A stretch of DNA of 64,000 nucleotides from the human T2T-CHM13v2.0 reference genome, Homo sapiens. Positions 1-14,492 of this stretch are shown here, in pieces. The DNA lies in the NCBI RefSeq assembly GCF_009914755.1, contig NC_060937.1; one strand, written 5' to 3'. Both the position numbers and the translations under genes were made by a program. The first letter of the stretch is position 1. Each line of letters opens with the position of its first letter. The notes below the pieces were generated by a model. The model was not told where the DNA came from. It saw only the letters and a program-made list of their open reading frames with translations, and did not search any database.

Positions 1-272
1 CACTTCAGGAGGCTGAGGTAGGTGGATCACCTGAGGTCAGGAGTTCGAGACCAGCCTGACCAACACAGAGAAACCCTGTCTCTACTAAAAATACAAAATT
101 AGCCAGGTGTGGTGGCACATGCCTGTAATCCCAGCTACTCAGAAGGCTGGGAGAATCATGTGAACCTGGGAGGCCGAGTTTGCAATGAGCCAAGATTGTG
201 CCATTGCACTCCAGCCTGGGCAATAAGAGTAGAACTCTGTCTCAAAAAAAAAGAAAAAGAAAGAAAAGAAAA
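1..272 (+). mobile_element. AluS, cut by the window start
   Basis: Alu left and right arm consensus with A-rich tail. Confidence 0.95.
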
Positions 273-2629
273 TTATCATTTGAAGTATTTGTCATCATTC
301 CATCAGCTGTGGTTTTTTCTATTCTATCAACTCCTTTCCAACACCCGCTTCCAAAAAATACCCAGCACCCCTTTCTTACTTTCTCAGGAACACTATAGTG
401 CTATTATCTTTCTGAATTCTCCAAAATTAAAAACTATTGGTCACGACTTCAATTTTTCTTCACAATGTATCTTAGATGCTGCATTTACATAACTGCATTT
501 GAGACCAAACCATCCTCACCCTATGTCTTTTCCCAGTAGATCACTGAGACCTTTGCTGCCACCCTCCCTTTACAGGAGCTCGCTTCACACACAGACAGGA
601 ACATGATTTTCCTCAAGTACAAGGTCTGTCAGGCAGACCCCTCCCAAGATTGAGAACTCTACTTATAAGAATTTCTAGTAGGCCAATATGTACTTCTCGA
701 TCTAGTTTTCTCAAAATTCAAAGTTCTCGACTTTTATTACTTTTTTAAGTAAGCAACCAAAGCAAACTGCTTATCGTTGGTCAACCTTATAAACTAGCTT
801 CCCTCCTCTAAATTCATGTGTTTTAATTTCAGTGAAAATGTTAATTCAATACCATGCTTTCCCCATTTTCTTCATAAGTCTTTGTCAAATATTAGGTCAA
901 TATTGAGATCTTTAAGTGTTTTTTTTTTCTAGTTAACATTTTTCTGCCACTGATTATTTATTCAAAGCTAGTTCAAGAAAAATTAAACAGCTACATTTGT
1001 CATAACTTACGTTTACCAAATGATAAGTTTTGCAGAAATGAAAGTGAGGCATTGCCGTCCAAGATCCTCCTTCTTTAAAAACATATGGTGCAATAAATAA
1101 GATGACAGGAAAAAAACCACACAAAGAGATAAGGGAAGATGCAGGACTTACATCTCATCTGGAGGAGGCTTCTTGAATGAGATGAGTGAGAAGCACTATG
1201 AAGAATCTGTGGGTGCAGGTGATATGGATGGGATAATCGTAATGGGAATGCTCTGTGTGTAATGTTTTTCATGGGAGACACATATAATCTGCAGTAATTG
1301 CGTTATTTATGGTAGTTCATATTAGATTTAGCTTTGTTGAAATAATGAATAATAAACCAGTTTCAAGTTTTAATGGATTCAGTTCCAGTACAGAAAATAG
1401 TATAACAGATATTACCAATTCTCTAAACTTTCAAATCACTTTTTCTGATTAAATGGTATTTAGACATTATACTTCAAAAGGTGGCCTTTCAAACTGTAAA
1501 AATGTTTCCCATATGGTTAGTATTTAAATTACACTCTAATTGTGAAGTATTGAATTTTATTGTGTTAAATATTGATCAATAGCAAATTATTTTTGTCCTT
1601 AAATTCTTATTTTGGTAATTTTATTTTGTAAACATTTTGTGATCATTATAATATTTTGTTTTTAGAAATGTTTTATGTGAAGTTTATTATGATGAGTAAA
1701 TTCTCTTATGCTGTAAAACGGCATTTTATAAGATTATGTATTTTACACATTATTACATCATAATCCCCAGAAATGTATATTCAGAAATGTGTCTCCATAG
1801 GCTCGGAAGGGTTTTAATGTATATTATTGCCTTGCTTAGTTAAAAGAAAAAACAATAACAAACATAAAAAAAACTATTCTTAACCTCTTGTGTAATTCCT
1901 TTCAATTGTAGTAGAGGGAGAGATGTGTGAAAGGCATTTGAGAACCAAACAATAATCAATTAATATGATAATTACTATCAAATTGTGTTTCTTATATTAA
2001 ACTACGCATTTTCAAAACTCTTGTGGTTAGATATCTGTGTTACTGGAAGATATTAAAAATAATATTGCCATTTTTGCTCCTCTCTTTGTGAGGCAAATCT
2101 CTAGCTGAGCACTAATCTCCAGCCTAAGACCAGATCTATGTTGAATGAGAAAGAAAGTCTTAAAAGGCTGAATAGGAGATAAGTTGAAATAGCTGAAATA
2201 GTTGAAATTCGATAATAGCTATCAAATTTCCTAAAGCGAATTGCCTTGGAAAAGTCGAGTAACTTTGTCTGGAACAAGGACAATTATTCATTCTGCATCC
2301 CTAGGCAATTTCACCATTGTGCAAACATCAGAGCATACTTACACAACTTCAGTGGCTGTAATTTAAACCTCATTATTGAAACATCAATTTTATATCTTAT
2401 TTTCTCTTCTGAAGAACAGTTCTTGAAAGAAACTTTTCTCTTTAAAGCACATTTTCTGCTAAATGTTAGATTTCTGCTACTACATGAGAGAATAGACCAC
2501 TGTTTTTCAATGTGTAGGTTGTGACTAAGTTTTAATTGGGCTGTGGAGACTAAAAAGGAGACATATTCATGGTGTCAAGTCATTACTTATTAGGTAAACT
2601 TCTCTCTGACTACATAGAACATCTAAATC

Positions 2630-2992
2630 TGCCTTAGTTCATTCAAGGCTGTTATAACAAAATACCATAGACTGAGTGGCTTGTAAACAACAGAGACTTA
2701 TTTCTCCCAGTTCAGGGGGCCGGAAGTCCAAGACCAAGATGCCTAAAGATTTCGGTATCTGATGAGGACTTGCTTCCTGGCTTGTAGATGATGCCTCCTC
2801 ACTGGGTTCTCACGTGGGGAAAATAGGGCAAGCTAGCCCTTTGGGATCTCTTTTATAAGGATACTAATTCCATTCATGAGTGCTCTGCCCTCATGGCATA
2901 ATCACCTCCCCAAAGTCTTCCTAATAGCATCACCTCAGCAGTTAGGTTTCAACATAGGAATTTGGGGGCAACACAGACATTCAGACCATAGC
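2630..2992 (-). mobile_element. MLT1A-like ERVL-MaLR solo LTR
   Basis: ggctgttataacaaaataccatagactgagtggctt...acattcagaccatagc, the reverse of MLT1A consensus. Confidence 0.8.
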
Positions 2993-3050
2993 CGTCTCCT
3001 ACTGAAGTTTTTGGGAAACAGAGAAAGGGTGACTTGAAATAGGAAGTCAT

Positions 3051-3443
<393 letters not shown>

Positions 3444-4323
3444 TTATCAGCTGCAGTTGGGCAGCATGTTTCCACGGTGTCCTTCCATGATGTTTTCTAA
3501 GTTATTTGCCTTGATATTATTAAGAACAATAATGCTAACACCACTACTGATACAAATAGTCAAGATTTATTTATTTTGCAGGTGTTATGCACTGAGTATA
3601 GCGCAAAGTGCTTCCCATGCATTGTGTCATTTACTCTTTACAATATACGTATAACAAAGGAAAGATGCAAAGTTTAAAAATCTGACTTTGACGTTCATCA
3701 ACATCCTCCCTTGTTTTTGATGTGGAGGAAAGATGAGAGCTTTGTATGCTCTGATTGACCCTAGTGCCACTCAGAAACCTGTCAGGGTGCCTTGTGAATA
3801 ATAATTACTTAAGAAGGATTTGTTGGAAAAATAAAAACTCTTTTAAAATAGGTTGAATGTGGCTACTACTGTACTACTATAGAGACTGTACGCTTGGGGC
3901 TTTAGCTGCCCCGGAGGCTTTGTTATTCCTTTCTTTCATGCTGTCCTCATTCACTACCATTCTTCCTGTTAGGATGCTTTTCCATACTTCCAGCAGAACA
4001 GAGTCTGCCATAGTGACTAACGAATCATGTTTTTCCTGGGGCACAGGCATGGATACCTTTCTTGTATAAGATTAATAAAAGAATCCTCAGAGTGGACCAA
4101 AATGCTCTGCTCCTATCAAAATATCTGAAAATTGACATAAAAATGTGTTAGAAAAGCTTTATAGTTATAAAGGAATTATAGTTTTTAACAATATATTTTC
4201 ATCTTTAAATACCAAGGAGAATTTCTTAACAGATTTTCTTATGTGACCACACCCTTTAATAGTATGTATTTATACAAACTCAAACTTATTTAGCTACTGC
4301 TATGTTATTTCAAGTTTTAAATA

Positions 4324-4673
4324 CATTCATGTGTTGCTTAATAACAGGGATATAGTCTCAGGGATACATTCTGCATCCCTGGGCAATTTCATCATTGTGC
4401 AAACATCAGAGCATACTTACACAAACCTAGGTGGTGTAGCCTTCTACACAACTAGGCTCTGCAGTACAGACCATTGCTCCTAGGCTACCAACTTGTACAG
4501 CATGTTACTGTATTGAATATTGTAGGCAATTGTATAATAATGCAATGGTAAGTATTTGTGTATCTAAACATAGAAAAGGTATAGTAAAAACTTGGTATTA
4601 TAAATAATCCCATTGAACCACCATCAGATATGCAGTTTCTCATTGACCTAAATATTATGCAGTGCATGACTGT
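4324..4673 (+). mobile_element. Tigger3a (MER7-like) DNA transposon remnant
   Basis: Terminal inverted repeats ca(g/t)tcatg...gcatgactg flanked by TA; internal ctaggctacc, catgttactgtattgaata. Confidence 0.85.
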
Positions 4674-5149
4674 ATTAGAAATTTTTCAGCTAATCTCCAT
4701 ACAATCACCAACTAGTCACAGTAGAAGTTCCCTACTGTGTCAAGTTCATAAAATGTATACATTGAGAAGCATCTTTATAAAGTATTACTTTAACTCTTAG
4801 TAAAATATTTGGTAGATAAAAAACTACACTAATATTTTCTTAATCTAAAACATGCAAGCTTAGATTTCTGTTTCATATTTTTCACAGACATTTACTGCTT
4901 TATTGTATCTTCCCTACAGATCCAGCAGGTGTACTTAATTTGCTTTTGCCTAAAGGCATTTCTCCTTATTTAACACAATGTTATTTAGTTTCTTAAATAT
5001 TGACTGGAATATTCTACATGTAATATGTGATGTGAATTGATGTTTTCAGGAAGCTTTACTAACTATATGCACTTGCATGGAAGTCTTCCATTTTATTTGT
5101 AAAAGATGTTCTATCTCTCTTTCTCTCTTTGGTCCAATATATTTTACCA

Positions 5150-5360
5150 AAAGCTTGACTTTGGATCCAGAGTGAAACAGGTGGGGTTGAAATTCTGGTC
5201 CCATCACTTTCTGTCTCTGATTCCTGAACAAGCTGTTTGCACTTTCCGAGCCTTAGTTTCCAATATCTAATTTTTAGGATTCTTGTGAGGGTAAAAGGAA
5301 GTGATATATACTGTCTTGGTACACTGTCTGCACTTAAATCTGTTCAATACGTATTAGCAT
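5150..5360 (+). mobile_element. MIR SINE
   Basis: Core-like ttccgagccttagtttcc...ttgtgagggtaaa. Confidence 0.6.
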
Positions 5361-5807
5361 TTTTTTTTTTACTTTCATAAGTGTCAGAAATAGTATTTTC
5401 TGTAGTAGTAGGTCATTATTTAATGTTAGATTTTTTAAAACCAAAGATTGTTTAGAATGTTCTTATAAGGTTAACTGTTTCATGTATTTGGTAGACTTGC
5501 AAAACAAATGATTAAACTTGCTTTCTCTTCAGCCATTTCTCAGAGCAAATTAGGTTAAACTGTAAGGGTGATATTATATTTTAACAGCACATAGAGCTTT
5601 TCTGAAATGTCATGAATTTCATATATATATATCATATATATAAATCAATGGGCAAATATAAAGTAACTTTAAGAATAATGTCATGCAATCAATGTAAAAA
5701 GTATAATTGATTTAGTGTTTCTGGAAGAGTGGGTTTCTAGCTTTGTGTTCTCAGTTTCTTTATTATTTCTACTCAAGTAACTAAAATGATAAATTTTTGC
5801 TTTTTAG

Positions 5808-5864
5808 TCACTCAAGACTGCTTGCAACTGATTGCAGACAGTGAAACACCAACTATACAAAAAG
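5808..5864 (+). CDS. TNFSF13B: TNFSF13B (BAFF) coding exon 3, 57 nt; the exon skipped in delta-BAFF
   Basis: Flanks ttttag|TCACTCAAG...CAAAAAG|gtaata; translates (V)TQDCLQLIADSETPTIQK(G), matching human BAFF; phase 1-1 symmetric exon. Confidence 0.98.
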
Positions 5865-5876
5865 GTAATAAAATAT

Positions 5877-6282
5877 AGCAAAGACTTGGAACCAAGCCAA
5901 ATGTCCATCAATGATAGACTGGATTAAGAAAATGTGGCACATATACGCTATGGAATACTATGCAGCCATAAAAAATGATGAGTTCATGTCCTTTGTAGGG
6001 ACATGGATGAAGCTGGAAACCATCATTCTCAGCAAGCTATCGCATGTTCTCACTCATAGGTGGGAACTGAACAATGAGAACACATGGATACAGGAAGGGG
6101 AACATCACACACCGGGGCCTGTTGTGGGGTGGGGGGAGGGGGGAGGGATAGCATTAGGAGATATACCTACTGTTAAATGACGAGTTAATGGGTGCAGCAC
6201 ACCAACATGGCACATGTATACATATGAAACTAACCTGCATGTTGTGCACATGTACCCTAAAACTTAAAGTATAATAAAAACA
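5877..6282 (+). mobile_element. 5'-truncated L1PA 3' end (~400 bp)
   Basis: gcaaagacttggaacca...tgtaccctaaaacttaaagtataataaa; target-site duplication AATAAAATAT at 5867-5876 and 6283-6292. Confidence 0.95.
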
Positions 6283-7336
6283 AATAAAATATCCCCAGTA
6301 CTTTTTCCACTTAGAATTCAGTCCACTCCAAATATTTGTAAGTTTCAAGTCTAAAGACTGTATTTGAATTGCATGTAAAATCAATCAGCCATCTCAGAAC
6401 TTCTTATAATCAGGTAAAAAATAATAAACCTACATTTATTCAAAATGACTTGGGAATAAATAATAATTAAGACCAAAGTAATAATCTAATAAGGAGAATG
6501 ACCTTAGAGGCACGAATACTTAGAAATGTTAAATAATTAAACTACAATAAAATAAAAACCAATAATAAATCAAATTCCATTTTTATTATTTAGACAGCAT
6601 TTTATCTTTAAGAATGACTCAAGACCATCTTCACAAATATGAATTCTCCTGTTATATTCAATTGTAAAAATCATAGAAAGAGGAAAATAAAACTGAACAG
6701 ATTATTAAAAATCTGTATTTTTAAAATAAATTTCCAACATCAAATTATTGCTTGATAATTTACCGTTTTCTCACAGAGGTAGAATGTTTTACATTTTTCA
6801 GTTATTTGAAGCCTTTTTTAGTTTTAATTTTAGACAAGTTAAGTGTTTTCCATAATAATGGCCTGAAACCAGGTTTACAAAGAAACAACTTTTAATGTCA
6901 TTTCCCAATATGTGTCACCTAGAATGTTAATCCAGAGAAATGGTCCTTGAAATAAGAGTTTCAGTGTCGTATAAGTTTGGAAACACAGCATCTTACATAT
7001 TTTTCTTTGAGTCACAAGGCACATTAGCAAGTTATTGAATCTAAGTAGTCCTACTTTAAAAAATGTTTGTTTAACTTTGTTTCATCCAGTTTTTCACAAA
7101 TTTTTGTGACTATGCTGCTTTATCATGTATCGACCTCTCTCTGAAAGCAAATGGGAATTGATGCTCTATAATAGCATTTGTTTATATAAGATAACTAGTG
7201 AACAAAAATGTACTAAAAAAGAACCATTCGTTCACTCACACATTCATTGATTCATTTAGTTTACATTTATTAATTAAGAATATACAATATTTTAATTACT
7301 GTATGTTTACTGGGTGTATCAGTGACTAAAATATGC

Positions 7337-7660
7337 ACAAATGCTCCTTGGCTTACAATGGAGTTATGTCCTGATAAACCCATCCTAAGCTGAAAATAAC
7401 GGGCATTGAAAAAAGCAGTTAGGACATCTAACTTACCAAATATCATAGCTTAGTCTAGCCTACCATAAATGTGCTCAGAACACTTACATTAGTCTACAAT
7501 TGGGCAAAATCATCTAACATGAAGCCCATTTTATAGTAAAGTATTGAGTAGCTCATGTTGTGTTTTGAATACTGGAATGAAGTATGATTTCTCCTGAATG
7601 TATGTGGCTTTCACACCTTTGTAAAGTTGAAGATTCTAAGCCAAACCATCGCAAGTCCAT
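7337..7660 (+). mobile_element. Tigger4b/MER46-like DNA transposon
   Basis: atgctccttggcttacaatggagttatgtcctgataaacccatc...catagcttagtctagcctacc. Confidence 0.8.
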
Positions 7661-8519
7661 ATGCATGGTTTTCTACTTTGAAAGAGCTTACCTCTTGATG
7701 AGGAGAAAACAAACGAAAGGCCCAACAACCCACAAATGAACAAGTAAAATGTAGATGAGACGAAATGCTGTGGAGGGCAGCAAAGCAGGCGGGGGCAGGA
7801 GAAAGTTTTGTGTTGTGAACGAACTACGAGTTCAGGAGTATCTGGAGGTTAGGCTAGGCGATGAGGAATGGGCAAAACAACACTAGCACAGATGATGAAT
7901 GTGAGTTGGCACTGGTAATGATTCCCTGGCATGCTCTTTTCATCTGTGTTTTTTTCTGCGTGACTTTAATTGTCCTAAATGCAACACAAGTACTAAACTA
8001 CTTGTAAATCTATTATTTATTGTTCAACATTTTCCTAAATCATGTTTGCAACTTTTAATAAGCAGCACACTGTTTCCTAAGAAGTAAAAGAAAGCCAGAA
8101 GATCTTAAGGGCCAAAGTTACAGTTTTTAAAAATTCTTTTGAAAAGGTTTACTTTACACATCTCTCCCCCACCCCCCAAAATGCTATAAATTGCACCAAA
8201 TTATGCAGCTGCTATACTCCAATGTGCGTGTGAACTGGAGAGTATGCTGTGATCTTCCTGGAGTGGTGACTGCTTGCCACAGATCCAGGGGTGCTGAACT
8301 GGGGTGATTACCTGGGATGCTTGCTTGCAGTGCTCCAACCTTTAGGATGGACAGGTTGCCCTTGTGATGTCAGCAAACCCTTGACCAGTATATAAATGTG
8401 AGTGTGCATGGGCATTTAGCAGGCAGATTGCATTTAGCAGGTAGGTTGCATTTTGTTAAAAAAGGCTGTACTCACTAAAGCATTTTACTTGCACAGGTCC
8501 ATAAGAAGACTTCTGGGAA

Positions 8520-8695
8520 AAGATAATAATATATTATTAATATTATTAGCATATTATATGTAATTATATATTATATAATATATAATGTATTATAATAATT
8601 ATATATAATAATATATTATTATCTTCTGGGGAAAGAATTTATATATATAAATATTATTAGCATATTGTATATATTATCTTATTGTATTATACATA
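8520..8695. repeat. AT-rich low-complexity tract with inverted symmetry
   Basis: Almost pure A/T; perfect 20-bp inverted arms at 8520-8539 and 8606-8625. Confidence 0.8.
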
Positions 8696-11600
8696 ACATC
8701 AGGTCTTGAGATGAAATCATGTTATGTATTCCAGAGACATGGAGATTCAAAGGAGCGGGGCTACGTTCATCTGATATTTTGAGTTCCTATGCTTGCTCTG
8801 CCCCATACTTTTGTCCAGACAGTGAGGGCAGAGGTAAACTTCACAAAAGAGAAAAAGACAAGAGGGGTTTATCAGAGTGTAGTCTCATGTCTTTTCTGTT
8901 CATTTGTTTTTTTGAATTTTAATCTAGATTTTGAATAGGTAATGCATTCACACGTTGCAAAAAATAAAAAAGCATGAAGAGTGTGGATTGCTCCTTTTCC
9001 CATCTGTTCCTGCCCACACTCACCTCACTTTCAGTTTCCTACATAGACTTCAGACTCCCTCTATGTTAACACAAACAAATGCAAATGTAGCTCTGCTTCC
9101 CTCCTTTCTTATAGTAAACACTTAAAAACCATATTTTCAATACATATGATTTGAAAATGAGATTATAACCTGCATTCTTTACTTAACAATGTATATTGCA
9201 GACATTTTGATGCCTGTGTACAGAGATCCTCATATGAAAAAAAAAGCAGCATAGTATTCCATTGTATGAATTGAATGTATTTAACCAGTCTCCTACCAAT
9301 AGACTTCTTGGTGTCCATCTTTTGCAATGCAGGTGCTTCGAAAAATAATTGTGTGCATCCGTAACTTCTCATATGTCAGCCTATGTGTGGGACAGATTTT
9401 GAATTTTGACAGTTATTGCTAAGTGGTCCTATAGGGGTTGTAAACTGTTATGCTATCACTTGCAGCAAAAGAGCATCAGGTGAAAAATAGCATCTCTTAA
9501 TTTGCTTTCTTTCAAGCCATTCTTTTGTATGTTTTAAGAACCATTTGTATTTCTGTCTTTACATTCTTCCAATTTTTCATGTCTATTTTTATTTTTTTCT
9601 GTGAGCCATCTGTTCATATTTTTTTCCATTTTTTCGTTGGACTTGGTCATTTTTAAACTGATTTCTGTGAGCACCTTATATCTCAAGCAGATTAATTCTT
9701 TATATTACTAATTGCAAGCATTTCCTCCCATACTGTCATTTGTCTTAATTTTGCATACTTTTTTTTTCTGTCAAATTTGTCAATTTTTTTAAAGGATTCT
9801 GGATTTGGGTTGTGATTAGAAAGACCTTTTACACTTAAACGTATTAAGGAAAGATCTCGTGTTCCTTCTGAAACCTTTATAGTTATTTTCTACCTTTAAA
9901 TACTTTATCTATTTGCAATTTATCCTGGTATAAGATGTAAGGTATGAAACCAACTTAATTTTCCCCTGTGAGGGCATCACAGTCTTTTTTTAATCGCCCA
10001 TCTTTTCCAGACTGCTTGAAGACATTAACTTTAACTTTTATTAAATTCCATGTTTAGTCTATGTTTTTTTCACTTTTTAAATACTTTTCTGTTATACCAT
10101 ATTGACTTAATGTCTATTTATGCACCCCAATAAAATGGCATTTTGGTTACTAGGGCTTTGTATTATTTTCTGGTAAATTTAATTCACTCATTTTTTCTTT
10201 TTACTTCTAGAATTTTTCTTTTTTTTCTATTAAATATAGGAACTGTAGAATCAGCTTACTTAGTTAAAAAGAAAAAGAAAAATACGTGCTATTTTTGTTG
10301 AATCTCATATTTATAAATTAAGAAAAATACCCTCATGATAACAGATGTACAGATCAAATCCAAGAACATGATATATATTTATATTTGTTTAGTCTCCTTT
10401 TTTTTCTTTTAGTATGTATTGAAATTTTCTTCAAGAAGTTCTTGCATATTTCTTATTAATATCATTACAAAGTGTTTTACCTTTTCAAATGCTATGATAA
10501 ATAGAAACATTTTCTTTCATTATATTTTCCAGCTGGTTGTTCTTTTTGTGTATAAAAGCCTTGAATTCCATGATATATCTTTTCAATATTAAAGTTGAAA
10601 TGTTTTCTTTTATTTTTGGATTGCATTTCCCTAGCATGACTTTGCCCAAAATTTTACTTTTAACTTCTCTGAAATAATTTTTCTGTGTTTCTCATGTATG
10701 CAAAACAGAGTTGCTCTTTGTTTTTTGATATCATCTTAAAATAATTTTCATTTATTGGGTGATATAAATCAATTTACATTTACTTATTTCAGAAATGTAT
10801 TTGGCTTTTATTCATCATAATGTGCTATACTGTGTATTGTTTTTCATGTTAACAAAAGAGTTTCTATTTTATAGTTTTAAAGAGGTTGCTTACTATGTAG
10901 GCTATTTGCTTTGCTTTTTCTGTTAGCGTAGACTTCTAAATGCTAAATACTAGGGGTAGCTACCTTTTCAGTTATATCTTTTTATTGAAATTAAATTCAT
11001 ATAACATAAAATTAAATGCACAATTCATTGTAATGTAGTATTCACAATATTTTACAACCACCAACTCTCTCTAGCTCCAAAATATTTTCTTCAGCCCCAG
11101 AGAAAATCCTGTATCCATTAAGCAATCAGTTACCATTTCTCTGTCTCCCCATGCCCCTGTACCAGCAATCTGCTTTATGTCTCTGTGGATTCACCTATTT
11201 TAGATGGTTTATATAAAGGCAGTCACACAATACGTGACTTTTAGTGCCTGGCTTCTTTCACTTAGCATGATGTTTTGAGGTTCACCCACATTCTAGCATG
11301 TATTCATACTTCATGCCTCTGTATGAATGTATATCATTCTATTATAAGTAAGCCATAATTTCATTAAGGGTATTTGGTTTGTTTCCACCTTTTGGCTATT
11401 GTGAGTAGTGATCCTGTGAACATTTGCATAAAGTACTTCCTGAGTGCCTCTTTTCAATTATTTGGAGTATACATCGATGAATCGATGAGTAGAATTGCTG
11501 AGAAAATGTCAACCTGTTCTCTACAGTGCTGCAACATTTTGCCTTCCCCCCAGCAATGTACTAGTGTTCTAATTTTTCCACATCCTCACTGACACATCTT

Positions 11601-12689
11601 ATTTTCAATGTTTTTATTAGTATTGCCTTCCTACTGGGTGTGAAGCCATATCTCTGTTATTTATTTGCATTTTCCTTATGACTGATGATGTTGAGCATCT
11701 TTTCATGTCCTTTTTGGTGTCTTCTTTGGAAAAATGTCTATTCAAGTACCTTGTCCATGTGTTTTAATTGGGTTGTTTGTCTTTTTGTTGTTGAGTTGTA
11801 AAACTTCCTTATATATTATGGATACAAGACCCTTATCAAATATCTGATTTGCAAGTATTTTCTCCTCTTTTGTGGATTATCTTTTTACTTTCTTGAGAAT
11901 GTCATTTGAGGCACAAGAGTGTTGTACATCAGATAAATGAAGTAAAATTTATCTTTTTTTTGTTTCTTGTGATTTTAGTGTTATCATTGAAGAACTCATT
12001 GCCAAATTCAACATCATGATTCACCCATATGTTTTCTTCTAAGAGTCTTGTAGTTTTATGTCTTATATTTAGGTAATTAATCTATTTTAATTCATTTTTG
12101 TATATGGTGTGAAGCAGAGGTCCAAAATCATCTTTTAGCATGAGGATATCTAGTTGTCCCAACATCATTTGTTGAAGAAGATGATTTCTTCCACATTGAA
12201 CGGTCTTGGCACACTTGTTAAAAATCAGTTGTACGTAGATGTATGGGTTTATTTCTGTACTCTCAAATTTATTTTGTTTCTTTATACACCTCGCCTTATG
12301 CTGGACCACTATACTATTTGGATTACTGTTATGTTATAGTAAATTTTGAAATTTAGGATAGTGAATCCTTCAATCTTGTTATTTATTTTTAAGATTGTTT
12401 TGGCTATTTGATACTCTTTTGCAATAACAAATGAATTGTAAGGCTGGCTTTTTCATTTTGGAGAACAAAAGGTCACTGAAATTTGTATATGGATTAGACT
12501 GAATCTGTACATAATACTGAGTATTACTGCCATCTTAAACTAAATCTATCAATCCATGAACACAAGATATCTTCTCTTTTATTTATATGTCCTATCATTT
12601 CTTATAGCAATCTTTTGTAGTGTTCAGTGTTAAAGTGTTTTATGTCCTTGGGTAAATTTACTTCTAGGTGTTATGTTCTTTTGAATGCT

Positions 12690-13028
12690 GTTTAGTCAGT
12701 TCAGTTTGCTATAACATATTACACTAGACTGAGTGGATTAAACAATAAAAATGTATTTCTCACACTTCTGGAGGCTGGAAAATTCAAGATTAAGGTGCCA
12801 ACAGATTTGGTTTGTGAATGGTGGTCTTTTCATTGTGTTTTCACATGGCTGAGAACAGAGACAAAAGCAAGTTCTTGTGTCTTTTCTTATAAGGACATTA
12901 ACCCATCCTGAAGGCTGTGCTACCACAGCCTAGTTATTTCCCAAAGGCACCACCCCCTAATACCATCACATTGGAAGTTAGAATTTCAACATATCAATTT
13001 TGGGTGACAGAAATATTCAATCCATAAC
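12690..13028 (-). mobile_element. MLT1A-like LTR
   Basis: ttgctataaca...ttctggaggctggaaaattcaagattaaggtgcca...attcaatccataac. Confidence 0.75.
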
Positions 13029-13179
13029 GGATGCTACTGTAAATGGGATTCTTTTTTAAAATTTCCTTTTTAGATTATTCATTCCTGGTATATTGAAACA
13101 CAACAGATTTTTGAGTGTTGATCTTGTACCCTGAAACTTAACTGAATTCATTGATTAGTTTTAGTAGATTTTTTTGTAA

Positions 13180-13500
<321 letters not shown>

Positions 13501-14027
13501 TAGAATTATGATATCTGCAAATAGAGATCGTTTTACTACTCTCCTTGCATTTGGATTTTTTTTTTAATTTCCAGCATATGTTGAATAGCAGTGGTAAATG
13601 CAGGCATAGTCTTGTTTCTGATGTTAGGATAATCTTGAGGATTATTACCTTTATATTCATGGTTGATTCTGGCCTGTAGTTTTTTGTGGTGTCTTTGTGT
13701 GGCATTGATATCAGTGTAACTCTAGACATACAGAACAAGTTAGGAATGGTTCCCTTCTCTTTTACTGTTTTTTGGAAGAGTTTGAGAAGATTGATGTTAA
13801 TTTTTCTTTAAATGTCTAGTAAAATTCACCAGTAAAACCATCTAGTTATGAATTTTGAGGGAAGACTTGGATTAATTAAAACTCTACACTGGTTATAGGT
13901 CTGTTTAGGTTTTTTATTTATTTTTGAGTCAGTTTTGGTAGTTTGTGTGTTTCTAGGAATTTGTCCCATTTGTCTACATTATCTAATTTGTTGGAGTACA
14001 ATTATTATAAATAATAAAAAGGTATAG

Positions 14028-14492
<465 letters not shown>

